A stretch of DNA of 54,943 nt, taken from IMG/VR virus record IMGVR_UViG_3300037755_000870, positions 1 to 54,943 of that record; one strand, 5' to 3'. Within the stretch, counting starts at the first letter, position 1; every line of letters starts with the position of its first letter. Origin of the DNA: a virus. Its lineage: Duplodnaviria; Caudoviricetes. The position numbers were made by a program, and so were the translations under genes. A model generated the notes under the pieces. It was not told where the DNA came from, made no database searches, and worked only from the letters and a program-made list of their open reading frames with translations. Of this stretch, positions 46,693-54,943 are shown one piece after another.

Positions 46693-47016
46693 TTACCCCT
46701 CTCTCGGCGGCGCAGGTCCACCCGCCAAGTCTGCCATTGCGGCGGCGCCGCGTTGTGCCTCCTGGCTCGTCCCCCAGTAGTCGCGGTCCGGCCACGGTGG
46801 CTGCGACCAGATGTCCCGACATTTCCAGACGATCGACTCGATCGACTTCGACGGGAGCGCCGCGGCGATCGAGTCGAAGATGATCGCCGCGGACCAGTCG
46901 AGGATCTGCCGCGCCGAGAGGTCCTCGATCCGCTGTCCCGACTGCGTGATCTTCGCCCGGAGCAGGTCGTAGTTACCGACTGCCCACCCGCTCAGGTGGA
47001 AGCCGGTCCAGTAGGG
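46693..47016 (-). CDS. Tail assembly chaperone extension (putative -1 frameshift product)
   Basis: Open -1 frame overlapping the TAC end, with no clear start of its own. Confidence 0.6.
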   Translation of the reverse strand, partial: PYWTGFHLSGWAVGNYDLLRAKITQSGQRIEDLSARQILDWSAAIIFDSIAAALPSKSIESIVWKCRDIWSQPPWPDRDYWGTSQEAQRGAAAMADLAGGPAPPREG

Positions 47017-47390
47017 CGGTCGGTCAACTCCTCCGCGGCCCATTTGAGGATCTCCGTGAGGAGTTCGAGGCGGACGATCCGGTCCGGGTCGTCGCAGAGG
47101 ACGTAGAACCGCGAGCGCCCCTGCTCGACGTTCTCGTCGATCACCGCGGCGAGGAACGAGATCGTCGCCGACGGCGAGAACGCGGTCCCGCCGTTCTTGT
47201 CGCTCGCCGCGACCCGCTGATAGAGCGCCAGGACCCCGACCGGCATCTCCGCGATCAGCGAGAACGACTCGGACCACTCCTCGCCCGGATGCTCCGGGTG
47301 TTCGTCCGAGTAGGTCCCGACGATGTCGAACGAGATCGGCTCCTCGGTCTCTCGGTCCGGCGGCGTCGACGTGAAGATCTTGTGGGCCAT
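46992..47390 (-). CDS. Tail assembly chaperone
   Basis: Position before the tape measure; ends ...DRPTGPAST. Confidence 0.75.
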   Translation of the reverse strand: MAHKIFTSTPPDRETEEPISFDIVGTYSDEHPEHPGEEWSESFSLIAEMPVGVLALYQRVAASDKNGGTAFSPSATISFLAAVIDENVEQGRSRFYVLCDDPDRIVRLELLTEILKWAAEELTDRPTGPAST

Positions 47391-47411
47391 GCGCGGATCC
47401 TAACCGCGCTC

Positions 47412-47861
47412 CTAGTAGCGCGCGCGCAGGACCCCGAGAGCGTTCGTCAGATACCGGTTCGGTTTCGTACCCGGATGGTTGACCGAGCGCGTGTAGACCG
47501 TCGCTCCGATCCGGTCCCACCAGAACACGAGGAGCGGCGCCCGCCTGGCGTGGATCGGATGCGGGACCGTGCCCTCGTGGTGGAGGAGAGCGATCGGGTC
47601 GGAGGAGCCGACCTGGACCACCGGGACCCCGCCGACGTTGATCAGCCGCTTCACGATCGTGTCGCGCAGATGGTTCGACTTCGTTCGAGGACGGCCGAGC
47701 GGATCCGGCCGGCCGTACCCGACGAGCCGTTTCGCCTCGCGGACCACGAGATCGCCGTCCTCCAGCATCCGGCGGACGACCGGCCCACCAGGCGACCGCA
47801 TGAACTCGGCGAGCTTCTGCGGGTCGATGACGAACTCGACGTCGACTCCGCCGGTCGACAC
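47412..47861 (-). CDS. Neck / head-to-tail protein (HK97 gp10-like)
   Basis: HEGTVPH and VNHPGTKPNRYL. Confidence 0.75.
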   Translation of the reverse strand: MSTGGVDVEFVIDPQKLAEFMRSPGGPVVRRMLEDGDLVVREAKRLVGYGRPDPLGRPRTKSNHLRDTIVKRLINVGGVPVVQVGSSDPIALLHHEGTVPHPIHARRAPLLVFWWDRIGATVYTRSVNHPGTKPNRYLTNALGVLRARY

Positions 47862-47862
47862 G

Positions 47863-48357
47863 TCAGACCTCGGTCAGTTGCCAGCGGACCCGCTGTCGAC
47901 CGCCGACGAGACCGCCCTGCGGGCCGAGCGACTCCCACTCGACGAGCGCGAGACCGCGGCAGCCTCCGAGGTCGCCGGCCTTGTGCGCGGCGACGATCCC
48001 GTTCGCGAGGAGCATCGAGTCCCCGAGCACGGTCTGAGCGACGCCGTCGATCTCGTCCGCCGCCGGCGGCGCGTCGGACCACTCGTTCGCGAACACCGGC
48101 GTGCAACGGGCGATCTCGACGACGATCTGCGCGGACCGGACCACGAGGCAGTTCATCGGCCGCGTGTTCTCGTCCTCCAGGGTCCCGGAGAACGTCCGCT
48201 CGACGTACGTACAGACCTGCTCGCAGTCCCACGCCGGCGTCCCGTCGGAGACGAACCGGCGGTCCGGCAGCGGGACCCCCTGGTCGTCGTAGTAGGCGAC
48301 CACGGTGTCGAGGAGCGCCCGTGCGGCGGAGTAGAGCCGATCAGCCGGAGGAGCCAC
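47863..48357 (-). CDS. Tail terminator-like protein
   Basis: WDCEQ, RC and GPQGG motifs; synteny. Confidence 0.65.
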   Translation of the reverse strand: MAPPADRLYSAARALLDTVVAYYDDQGVPLPDRRFVSDGTPAWDCEQVCTYVERTFSGTLEDENTRPMNCLVVRSAQIVVEIARCTPVFANEWSDAPPAADEIDGVAQTVLGDSMLLANGIVAAHKAGDLGGCRGLALVEWESLGPQGGLVGGRQRVRWQLTEV

Positions 48358-49033
48358 TGATGCGCTCCTGGAGCGGTTCGACCAGCGTCTTGCGCGGCTT
48401 GTCGGTCAAGCTCTCCAGTTCGAGCACGACCGGGCCGCGCCGCTCCGGGTCGGCCTCGACCCAGTCGAGGATCTCCGGGACGTTCTTGTCGAGCAGGTCC
48501 GCCGGGACCGTGACCGCCTCGTCCTCGGTCCACGGTTCGCCGGTCGAGTCGGTCTGGTCCTCGACATCGCTCGCGGTCATCTGGCCGGCGTCGGCCGTTG
48601 TACCGGCGTCCTCGTCCGCCGTTGTATGGACCTGGCCGGCCGATTCGTCGCGAGATTCTTCCGGAGATTCTCCGCCGGTCGGCGCGCCGGTCTCCGGGGT
48701 CGAGAGCGCCTCACGGGCCGCGGCCTCGACCGCCGGGTTGATCCCGCTGTCGGCGCCGACCGCGACCGTGCCCTCGCCGGACTGTTCGAGATCCTCCTCG
48801 TCCTCGTAGCCACCGCGGATCGCCTCGATCTCGAACCGGATCTCGTCGTCCGAGGCGTGGCGGATCCGGTCGAGCGAAATGTCCGGGTCGCCGGCCTCGA
48901 CGTCGCCGAGCCAGTCCTCGACCTCGTCGGCGGTCGCGCCGAGCGCGCGGAGCCGGTCGCGGAACTCGTCGAGCGGATCGCGCATCTCACTCGATCGACG
49001 GGGTTCACCTTTCGGGGACCAGGGATCGGACAT
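48341..49033 (-). CDS. Acidic low-complexity protein with small C-terminal helical domain
   Basis: D/E/T/S-rich; VPEILDWV...KPRKTLV. Confidence 0.65.
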   Translation of the reverse strand: MSDPWSPKGEPRRSSEMRDPLDEFRDRLRALGATADEVEDWLGDVEAGDPDISLDRIRHASDDEIRFEIEAIRGGYEDEEDLEQSGEGTVAVGADSGINPAVEAAAREALSTPETGAPTGGESPEESRDESAGQVHTTADEDAGTTADAGQMTASDVEDQTDSTGEPWTEDEAVTVPADLLDKNVPEILDWVEADPERRGPVVLELESLTDKPRKTLVEPLQERISGSSG

Positions 49034-50042
49034 TACGGAGGACCTCCTCGATCGAGTCGGCCGCTCTCGATGCGGCGCGGCCGTCGCAGCGAGCGTAGAC
49101 CTCCCGGACGATCTGCGCGCGTCTCGCCGCTACCGACGGCGGATCCGCCAGTCCGACCGCGATCGCGCCGGGAAGCTCGACCGGTTCGTTCGCCTGGACC
49201 CCGACGTCGGCCCAGGACCAGAACCGTCCGCCGTGCTCGACCTCGCGCCGGTACCACGGGGCGTTCAGGACCACGACCGGACGGCCGGTCGAGGCGAACT
49301 CGTACAGCGCCGACGTGTTGTCCCCGACGAGGAGGTCCGCTCGATCGAGGACGTCGGCGAGTCGTTCGACCGGTTCGACTCCGAGCCGGCGCCAGCGTCG
49401 CTCGATCCGCCCCCAGAGCCGCGGGTGCCCATGTCCGAGGAGCCGGATCCCCGTTCGGTCGGCCCACTCGACGAGCGCCGGGAGCGATCGGTCGTAGTGC
49501 TCCCAGGCGGACCGGGTCTCCGGGACGAGCCGGCACTCCCAGTGGAACGTCACGGCGACCGTCGGCGTTGTACCGGCCTCGTGGCCTTCTATGTACTCAT
49601 AGGTCGCGTTCCCCGCGGATTCCGTGTTACGAGTCCGTGACGATCCGTGCCAGCGGTCGAGCTTCGGGGAGCCGACGACCGCCGCCGGGGTCCGGTAGCT
49701 ATTGGACCAGCGCGCCGCGACCGCCTCCGACGGGCAGAGGAACAGGATCGCTCGCTCCCAGCCAGGTCCGCCGGAGTAGGACCCGGAGTCGAGATCCGCG
49801 TACGTCTGGCCGGCGCCGTGCTCGACGAGGATCGTCGACGACGGGTTGACCCGCTGGTGGTCCCCGAGACCGGCGATGAGGACCGGCCGGGAGAGATCCC
49901 GACGTGCCATCGGTCGCCCCCAGGCGCAGCCGTGCCGCGGGGCCCAGGACTCGCCGGCGAGTCCGCGGCGTTCGAGTTCTCTCCAGACCGGCTCGATGTG
50001 CTCCGCGTAGTGCGGGAGCGACGAGTACCTATCGACGAGCAC
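49005..50042 (-). CDS. TagF/CDP-glycerol:glycerophosphotransferase-like GT-B protein
   Basis: EHG, VGSPKLD, HPR, ADLLVGDNTSALYEFASTGRPVV, DGRAASR. Confidence 0.7.
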   Translation of the reverse strand: MLVDRYSSLPHYAEHIEPVWRELERRGLAGESWAPRHGCAWGRPMARRDLSRPVLIAGLGDHQRVNPSSTILVEHGAGQTYADLDSGSYSGGPGWERAILFLCPSEAVAARWSNSYRTPAAVVGSPKLDRWHGSSRTRNTESAGNATYEYIEGHEAGTTPTVAVTFHWECRLVPETRSAWEHYDRSLPALVEWADRTGIRLLGHGHPRLWGRIERRWRRLGVEPVERLADVLDRADLLVGDNTSALYEFASTGRPVVVLNAPWYRREVEHGGRFWSWADVGVQANEPVELPGAIAVGLADPPSVAARRAQIVREVYARCDGRAASRAADSIEEVLRNVRSLVPER

Positions 50043-51081
50043 GATCGGCCGCGTCGGAGAGCGCGGCTCTGTACGAGCCGGAGAGCGCCGCCCAGTCCTG
50101 GTGCCGCCGGAACTCCTCGACCTCTGCGAGAGCGCCCAGGAGCCGGTCCTCGTCGTCCGCTAGGTCGTCGAGCGTGGCCGCGAGGCGCCGCGGGTCGGTC
50201 TGAGCGAGCGGGATCTCCCCGCCGGGAGTCCGGAGCGTGCCTCGGAACGTCGCCGGCGTGGTCACGGCGGGCCAGTCCTCGTTCGGCGAGACCGCCGGCA
50301 GGACCGGGACGACGCCGGCGGCGATCGCCTCCAGGACCGGCAGGCAGAGTCCACCGTACCGACGGGGTAGGACGAGAACGTCGGCGCCGGCGTAGAGATC
50401 CCAGCGGTCCGCGCGGCCTCCCAGGTGGCGTTCGACCGGGACCCGCGAGGAGCGGACCGCCGGGAGCCGCGGGTCCTGGCACTCCAGGCGGAACCGGAGC
50501 CGATCGGACCGCAGATACCGCAAGGTCTGGAACACGGTCGTCGTCCCGTTCCGGTCCCCGGCCGCGCGATGTCCCGCGACGTGCAGAGCGGTCAGCGGAC
50601 CGTCGTCCTCGCGGGGGATCTCCGGCGCCGTCGGGACCGGTACCGGGACGATCTCGCACTCCGAGGGAAGCTCGTCCGCCCGCCACTTCGTCGGCAGCCA
50701 CCAGACCGTCGGCCGAGGGAGCGTCGGGTCGTCCCAGCGCCAGAACTCCGGATTCGCATGGACCACGGTCGCGACGCCGGCTTGCTCGGCGAGCGTGAAC
50801 AGCCGGAAGTCGTACGGCGTCTCGACCATGTAGACGACGTCGAGTCCGTCGAGGAACTCCTCCATGTGGTCGACCGGCAGCGTCCCGGTCCGGGGGTCGA
50901 ACGTGACGGTCTCGGCGTCGGGGTACCGATCGAACCGCGGCATGAACCCCTTGCGCTCCGCTCCCGGCTCTCGGACCACGAGGATCCGTTCGACCTCCAG
51001 GTTCCGGGCGAACTCCCAGGTCTGGATCCCGATCCCTCGGTCGTCCGCTCGTGCCAGCAGCCCTACGCGTAGGTGTCCCAC
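50029..51081 (-). CDS. Glycosyltransferase (GT4-like GT-B fold), 350 aa
   Basis: ADVLVLPRRYGGLCLPVLEAIAAGVVPV; GTG at 51081 overlapping the upstream gene end. Confidence 0.8.
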   Translation of the reverse strand: MGHLRVGLLARADDRGIGIQTWEFARNLEVERILVVREPGAERKGFMPRFDRYPDAETVTFDPRTGTLPVDHMEEFLDGLDVVYMVETPYDFRLFTLAEQAGVATVVHANPEFWRWDDPTLPRPTVWWLPTKWRADELPSECEIVPVPVPTAPEIPREDDGPLTALHVAGHRAAGDRNGTTTVFQTLRYLRSDRLRFRLECQDPRLPAVRSSRVPVERHLGGRADRWDLYAGADVLVLPRRYGGLCLPVLEAIAAGVVPVLPAVSPNEDWPAVTTPATFRGTLRTPGGEIPLAQTDPRRLAATLDDLADDEDRLLGALAEVEEFRRHQDWAALSGSYRAALSDAADRARR

Positions 51082-52742
51082 CAGATCATCCCTCCGTTGC
51101 TCGGTCGGCCCAGGATCCGAACGTGTCCGTGCTCGGCCAGGACCTCGACCATGTTCCGCCATTCCCAGTCGCAGAGCGCGGACTCGGCGCCGGTCTCCGT
51201 GCCGTGGAACTCCAGGACGATCCGGTCGATCCGCTCCCAGGTCTCCTCGCTCGCCGAGCAGAGGATCGCGGCCTCCGCTCCTTCGACGTCGATCTTCATC
51301 ACGCCGACGTGGCCGGCACGGCGGACGACCTCGTCGAGACCGACCGCCGGGACCGTGACGCCGGCGTCCTCGACTGCTTCGTCGATCGTGTACGAGCCGC
51401 CCTCGCCTCCTGGCTCGCCGGCGACGAACGTGGTCGTCGGCGCCGTCCCGTCCGTGACGGCCTCGCAGGAGAGGAGAACCTGCTCGACGAGGTCGTTCCG
51501 TTTGATGTTCGCCGCCAAGGTCTGCGCGTTGTCCCAGCCAGGCTCGTAGGCGTGGACCGCGTTCGCGCCGGCGAGCGCCGCGAAGATCGAGAACGCCCCG
51601 ACGTTGGCTCCGAGGTCGACGACGGTCTGGCCGCGGAGGTCCGCGGCGTCGAGCTTGTAGACGTTCTCGGTCCAGATCTCGTCGACGACGATCCGGTCCG
51701 ACGTGTCCGGCCGGAGGTCGAACGAGGCGACGAGCCGGTCGCGCCGGAACCGGTCCCGCGAGGACGCGACGCCGGGGAGGATGGAGGTCACGATGGTCTC
51801 GATTCTGTGCTCGTAGGTGTGGTGGGCACGGACGTGGTCGCGGCCTGCTGCGGCGATCGCTCGGCGTTCGTCCTCGTGGTCGAGGTAGTAGTCGATCAGC
51901 CGGTACAGGTCCTCTCGGTCGTCGTAGAGACGGAGATGTTCGCCGTCGACGAACAGGTCCTCGATGCCCGCGACCCGCGGGTGGAGGAGGAACCCGCCGC
52001 GGCCGAGGGTCTCCGGGATCCGGTCGGACCAGTACCGCTCGATCGGCTCGCCGTTCGTCGCCGGGACGAGGCAGGAGTCCCCGACGATGACCTTCGCGGT
52101 CCGGTACAGGTCGGCGAGCGCCTGGCCTCGGATCGCCTGCCGGCCTCGCGGCCAGATCCGGAACCGGTTCCGGTACCGCCGGCGGAGCGACGCTACGAGA
52201 TCTCGCCGGTCCGGGTACTCCGCGTGGTAGCGGGACCAGTTGCCCACGAACGCGATGTCGGCCCGGTAGGAGCGCATCTGGCGTCCCTCGCGCTGCGCCT
52301 CGACCGCGGAGATCGCCGGCGGCATCCACCGGTGGTCGATCCGCCGGTCGGCCCACTCCTCCTCGTGTCCGCCGTCCGCGGTGAACAGGTGGTCGACCAT
52401 GAAGAACGGTTCGTCGTCGACCTGGTGTTGCCGGTCGAGACCGAACCAGCGGTCCAGGTGCAGCCCGACCGTCGGTACGCCGGCGCCGCGGCAGCGGTCG
52501 AGCATCGCGGTCTGCGCCGCCCAGGCGTCCTCGACGGTCCAGCCGGCGACGACGTTCGGCCAGTCCCAACCGGTCCGGGTCCAGAGCAGCAGGTCGAGTC
52601 CGGCGGGGTCGAGGTCCCATGCCTCGCGGGTGTTCTCCTGGATCCGGCGGACCTCGTAGCCGATCCCCTCGGCGTCCGTGGCGACGTGGTTCTCCGTCGA
52701 GTGCGCCGGCCCGAAGTTGCCGATGTAGCCGATCGTGATCAT
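51063..52742 (-). CDS. CgeB-like glycosyltransferase fused to FkbM-family methyltransferase
   Basis: DIAFVG, YWSDRIPETLGRGGFLL, HTYEHR; then VVDLGANVG, YEP, MKIDVEGAE, LEFH. Confidence 0.85.
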   Translation of the reverse strand: MITIGYIGNFGPAHSTENHVATDAEGIGYEVRRIQENTREAWDLDPAGLDLLLWTRTGWDWPNVVAGWTVEDAWAAQTAMLDRCRGAGVPTVGLHLDRWFGLDRQHQVDDEPFFMVDHLFTADGGHEEEWADRRIDHRWMPPAISAVEAQREGRQMRSYRADIAFVGNWSRYHAEYPDRRDLVASLRRRYRNRFRIWPRGRQAIRGQALADLYRTAKVIVGDSCLVPATNGEPIERYWSDRIPETLGRGGFLLHPRVAGIEDLFVDGEHLRLYDDREDLYRLIDYYLDHEDERRAIAAAGRDHVRAHHTYEHRIETIVTSILPGVASSRDRFRRDRLVASFDLRPDTSDRIVVDEIWTENVYKLDAADLRGQTVVDLGANVGAFSIFAALAGANAVHAYEPGWDNAQTLAANIKRNDLVEQVLLSCEAVTDGTAPTTTFVAGEPGGEGGSYTIDEAVEDAGVTVPAVGLDEVVRRAGHVGVMKIDVEGAEAAILCSASEETWERIDRIVLEFHGTETGAESALCDWEWRNMVEVLAEHGHVRILGRPSNGGMIWWDTYA

Positions 52743-52769
52743 CCGACGCGACGGTACTGCGCGCGCGGG

Positions 52770-53552
52770 TCAGGTGTTGGTTCTACGGATCCGGCGAGCC
52801 GCGGTCTCCGGGACGATCAGCGCCGGCCGGGGTCGGCGGCGTGCGTACCGTTCCGCTTCGAGCCACAGGTCGACCTCGTTCAGACCGGTACGGCCTTCGG
52901 GGAACATCGCCGCCGGGTCGCGGAGTTGCTTCGTCACGCCCTGCCGGGTGACCGAGATCGTGTTGTCGGAGAGCCGGCAGGAGCCGACGGTCTCCGGCTG
53001 GCAGGCGAGCGTGAGTTGGCAGCCGAGCGACGCCGCGGCGCGGACGCCGGCGAGCGGCGGGGTCCGGCCGTAGGTGTAGGAGACCTGGAACGTGCCGTCC
53101 TCGGTCGCCGGGAGCGTCGTGTCCTGGCAGCACGGCCACTGGCGCCGGACCCCGTCGGCGTCGCGGAGCCGGACGAGCCGGTCGTGGTCGTCGATCTGGT
53201 ACTCGCTCGGATCGAGGACCTCGCCGTCGAGGCGGACCTCCTCGATCGAGACCAGCGGGGTACCGCCGAGCCGGATCCCCGGCACGGTCCGCCGGCACGG
53301 ATCCGCCGTCCGGTCTCTCGACCTCGCGCCTCTGGTCCAGACGGCCCGTCCGCCGCAGCCGCCTTCGATCGGCCGGACCACATCGGTGCAGAGACCGGGG
53401 TACTTGCGGTCCGAGAGCAGGAACAACAGGTCCGACGCGATCTGGAGCGAGTCCTCTAGGAGCGCCTCGTCGATCTCGTAGTCGTCGCACGGCGAGCAGA
53501 GGTCGGCGAGCGTCGCCCACGGCTCGCAGGTACCGGTCGTCGGTTCGGCCAT
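52770..53552 (-). CDS. Head-to-tail adaptor
   Basis: WPCCQD, TFQVSYTYG, VTRQGVT, TGLNEVDLWL. Confidence 0.75.
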   Translation of the reverse strand: MAEPTTGTCEPWATLADLCSPCDDYEIDEALLEDSLQIASDLLFLLSDRKYPGLCTDVVRPIEGGCGGRAVWTRGARSRDRTADPCRRTVPGIRLGGTPLVSIEEVRLDGEVLDPSEYQIDDHDRLVRLRDADGVRRQWPCCQDTTLPATEDGTFQVSYTYGRTPPLAGVRAAASLGCQLTLACQPETVGSCRLSDNTISVTRQGVTKQLRDPAAMFPEGRTGLNEVDLWLEAERYARRRPRPALIVPETAARRIRRTNT

Positions 53553-53578
53553 AGCGGGATCCTACGACGGACGCGACA

Positions 53579-53602
53579 CGGCCGGGGGCGAACCCCCGGC
53601 CG
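53579..53602 (-). terminator. Hairpin after major tail gene
   Basis: cggccggggg-cgaa-cccccggccg (TTCG loop on the minus strand). Confidence 0.7.
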
Positions 53603-53631
53603 CGGTGCCGCTCATCCCACGCGAGAACAGG

Positions 53632-54279
53632 TCAGGAGGCGACCAGTTCGACCGCTCCGTCGGTCGCCGCCGGCAGGTCGTTCGCCGTCACCGGGATCCA
53701 CTGGTACATGCGATCCGAGGTCGAGGGCCAGTCGTTCAGCGGCCCGTCGAACCAGTTCGGGTTCTCGTACATCTGGCCGGAGAACGCCGGGTTCTTCTCG
53801 CCGTTCTGGAACGTGTGCTCGCCCTCGCGGAGGTTCTTCAACTTCGGGAGCGCCCACCGGGCGTACGGGAAGTCCGGATCGAGGTCGCCGTCGTTGATGC
53901 GCTTCACCCACAACTCGACGGAGATCCCGGAGCCGGAGACCGGTCCGATCGGAGGCGCCGCGAACCCGACCGCGTCGCCGTCCTGGATGGTCTCGCCCTC
54001 GGAGAGGAACGACATCAGGACCGGGTCGTGCGAGCAGATCGCGAGGTTGAAGTCGCCACGCCGGAGGTTGTCCGGGCCGCGGTAGTCGAGGCAGATCTCC
54101 CCGCAGGCGTTCACGACCGTGGTCTCGTCGCCGTCGCGGTAGACCGGCGAGAACGTGAACTGCACGAGCGCGGTCGTCACGATGAGGTTCCCCGCGCCAG
54201 GATCCGGGACCCCGTTCGGTTCGAGCTTCGCGACCCGCATCCGGCAGGCGTGGAGTTGTGGGAGCGCCATCTCAGGCAT
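53632..54279 (-). CDS. Major tail protein
   Basis: RMRVAKL, NACGEIC, ENPNWFDGPLNDW; AAGGAGG RBS; followed by a terminator. Confidence 0.8.
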   Translation of the reverse strand: MPEMALPQLHACRMRVAKLEPNGVPDPGAGNLIVTTALVQFTFSPVYRDGDETTVVNACGEICLDYRGPDNLRRGDFNLAICSHDPVLMSFLSEGETIQDGDAVGFAAPPIGPVSGSGISVELWVKRINDGDLDPDFPYARWALPKLKNLREGEHTFQNGEKNPAFSGQMYENPNWFDGPLNDWPSTSDRMYQWIPVTANDLPAATDGAVELVAS

Positions 54280-54342
54280 GGGTGGATCCTCCTTCGACCA
54301 TCAGGTCGAGAGCGTAGGGGAACGGAGAGGTCTGGTGTGCGA

Positions 54343-54816
54343 TCACGAGGCGCCGCCGACGAGGCAGACCGGCAGGTCGATCTCCGCGGCGAGATGGCAG
54401 CACTCGTCCCACTGGAGGAGAGCGAGCCGTTGCGCGTAGACGTCGAGCGTGTTGTCCTCGCGGTTCAGCGCCTGCGCCATCACCTGCGCGGAGTCGAGGT
54501 TGCCGGGGATGACCTGCGGGGTCGAGAGCCGCACGGAGATGATCCCGGTGGCGTACGCCCACTGGGAGGCACCCGCGGCGGAGCCGCCCGGACCGTCGCC
54601 GGGATAGCCGGCGTCCGCGACGACGAGGTTGCCCATCGGGGACAGGTACTGCCCGCCTTCGAGCCGGACCGCCGACGCTGCGATCCACTGGACCAGGACC
54701 TGCGGGGTCGCGTGGATCATCCCGCGCCGTCCCTGCGAGCACTGAGCGAGACCTTGTTCGAGACAGGCGAGCGCGTCGACGACGTCCTCGGGTCCGCCCG
54801 TCACGGTGTCGCTCGA
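54343..54816 (-). CDS. 3' part of second capsid-like protein (joined to 1-414)
   Basis: LEQGLA, GMIHA, GNLVVADAGY, WAYATG; in frame across the circular junction. Confidence 0.75.
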   Translation of the reverse strand, partial: SSDTVTGGPEDVVDALACLEQGLAQCSQGRRGMIHATPQVLVQWIAASAVRLEGGQYLSPMGNLVVADAGYPGDGPGGSAAGASQWAYATGIISVRLSTPQVIPGNLDSAQVMAQALNREDNTLDVYAQRLALLQWDECCHLAAEIDLPVCLVGGAS

Positions 54817-54943
54817 CGAGTCGGTCAGCGCCGGGTTGTCCTCCAGGTCCTCGCCGGCATCGGCGGCGTCCCGGAGCGCGCCGGTCCAGAGTTCGTCCGC
54901 GACCTGGAACGACTGCGTCGCCTCCAACTGCCGGGTCGCTCGT
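54817..54943. repeat. Terminal direct repeat, right copy
   Basis: Identical to 1-127. Confidence 0.95.

Noticed and set aside
50029-52620. 863-aa ORF and similar long N-terminal extensions in the ORF track
   Set aside because: The upstream parts overlap real genes in another frame; starts were reassigned to coupled downstream codons
54817-54943. Biological terminal repeat
   Set aside because: The 127-bp length equals a typical assembler k-mer and it falls mid-gene, so it is treated as a circular overlap

Overview
The window is a complete, circularly assembled genome of a very high-GC siphovirus-like phage: bases 1-127 are repeated exactly at 54817-54943, giving a unit length of about 54,816 bp. 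An actinobacterial host is inferred from the GC content, an Rpf-domain protein, leaderless TANNNT promoters and a head/tail module resembling mycobacteriophage cluster B. Essentially every credible gene is on the minus strand; the exception is an Rpf-like lipoprotein at 9895-10491. Modules in transcription order are: TerS, HNH and TerL; about 6 kb of small accessory genes; portal-MuF fusion, protease, large capsid protein and a second capsid-like gene across the origin; major tail protein and adaptor; a three-gene glycosylation cassette (GT-FkbM fusion, GT-B, TagF-like); neck, chaperones, tape measure and tail tip; lysis; Gam-like, RecT-like, replication initiator with iterons and DnaC-like loader; methylase, DUF5131, HNH, VRR-NUC; HerA-like ATPase and UvrD-like helicase. 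The most notable locus is a compact DNA-modification operon: ParB-like gene, two tandem Mom-like GNAT genes, and an atypical tRNA-Gly(CCC) cloverleaf embedded in the 3' end of the second mom gene, which suggests a dedicated glycyl-tRNA donor for adenine hypermodification. A 16-bp pseudo-palindrome fused to -10 boxes recurs about 14 times, alongside a start-associated CCCAAGGAG motif. No integrase or DNA polymerase was recognised. All family calls come from motif recognition by eye, not database searches.
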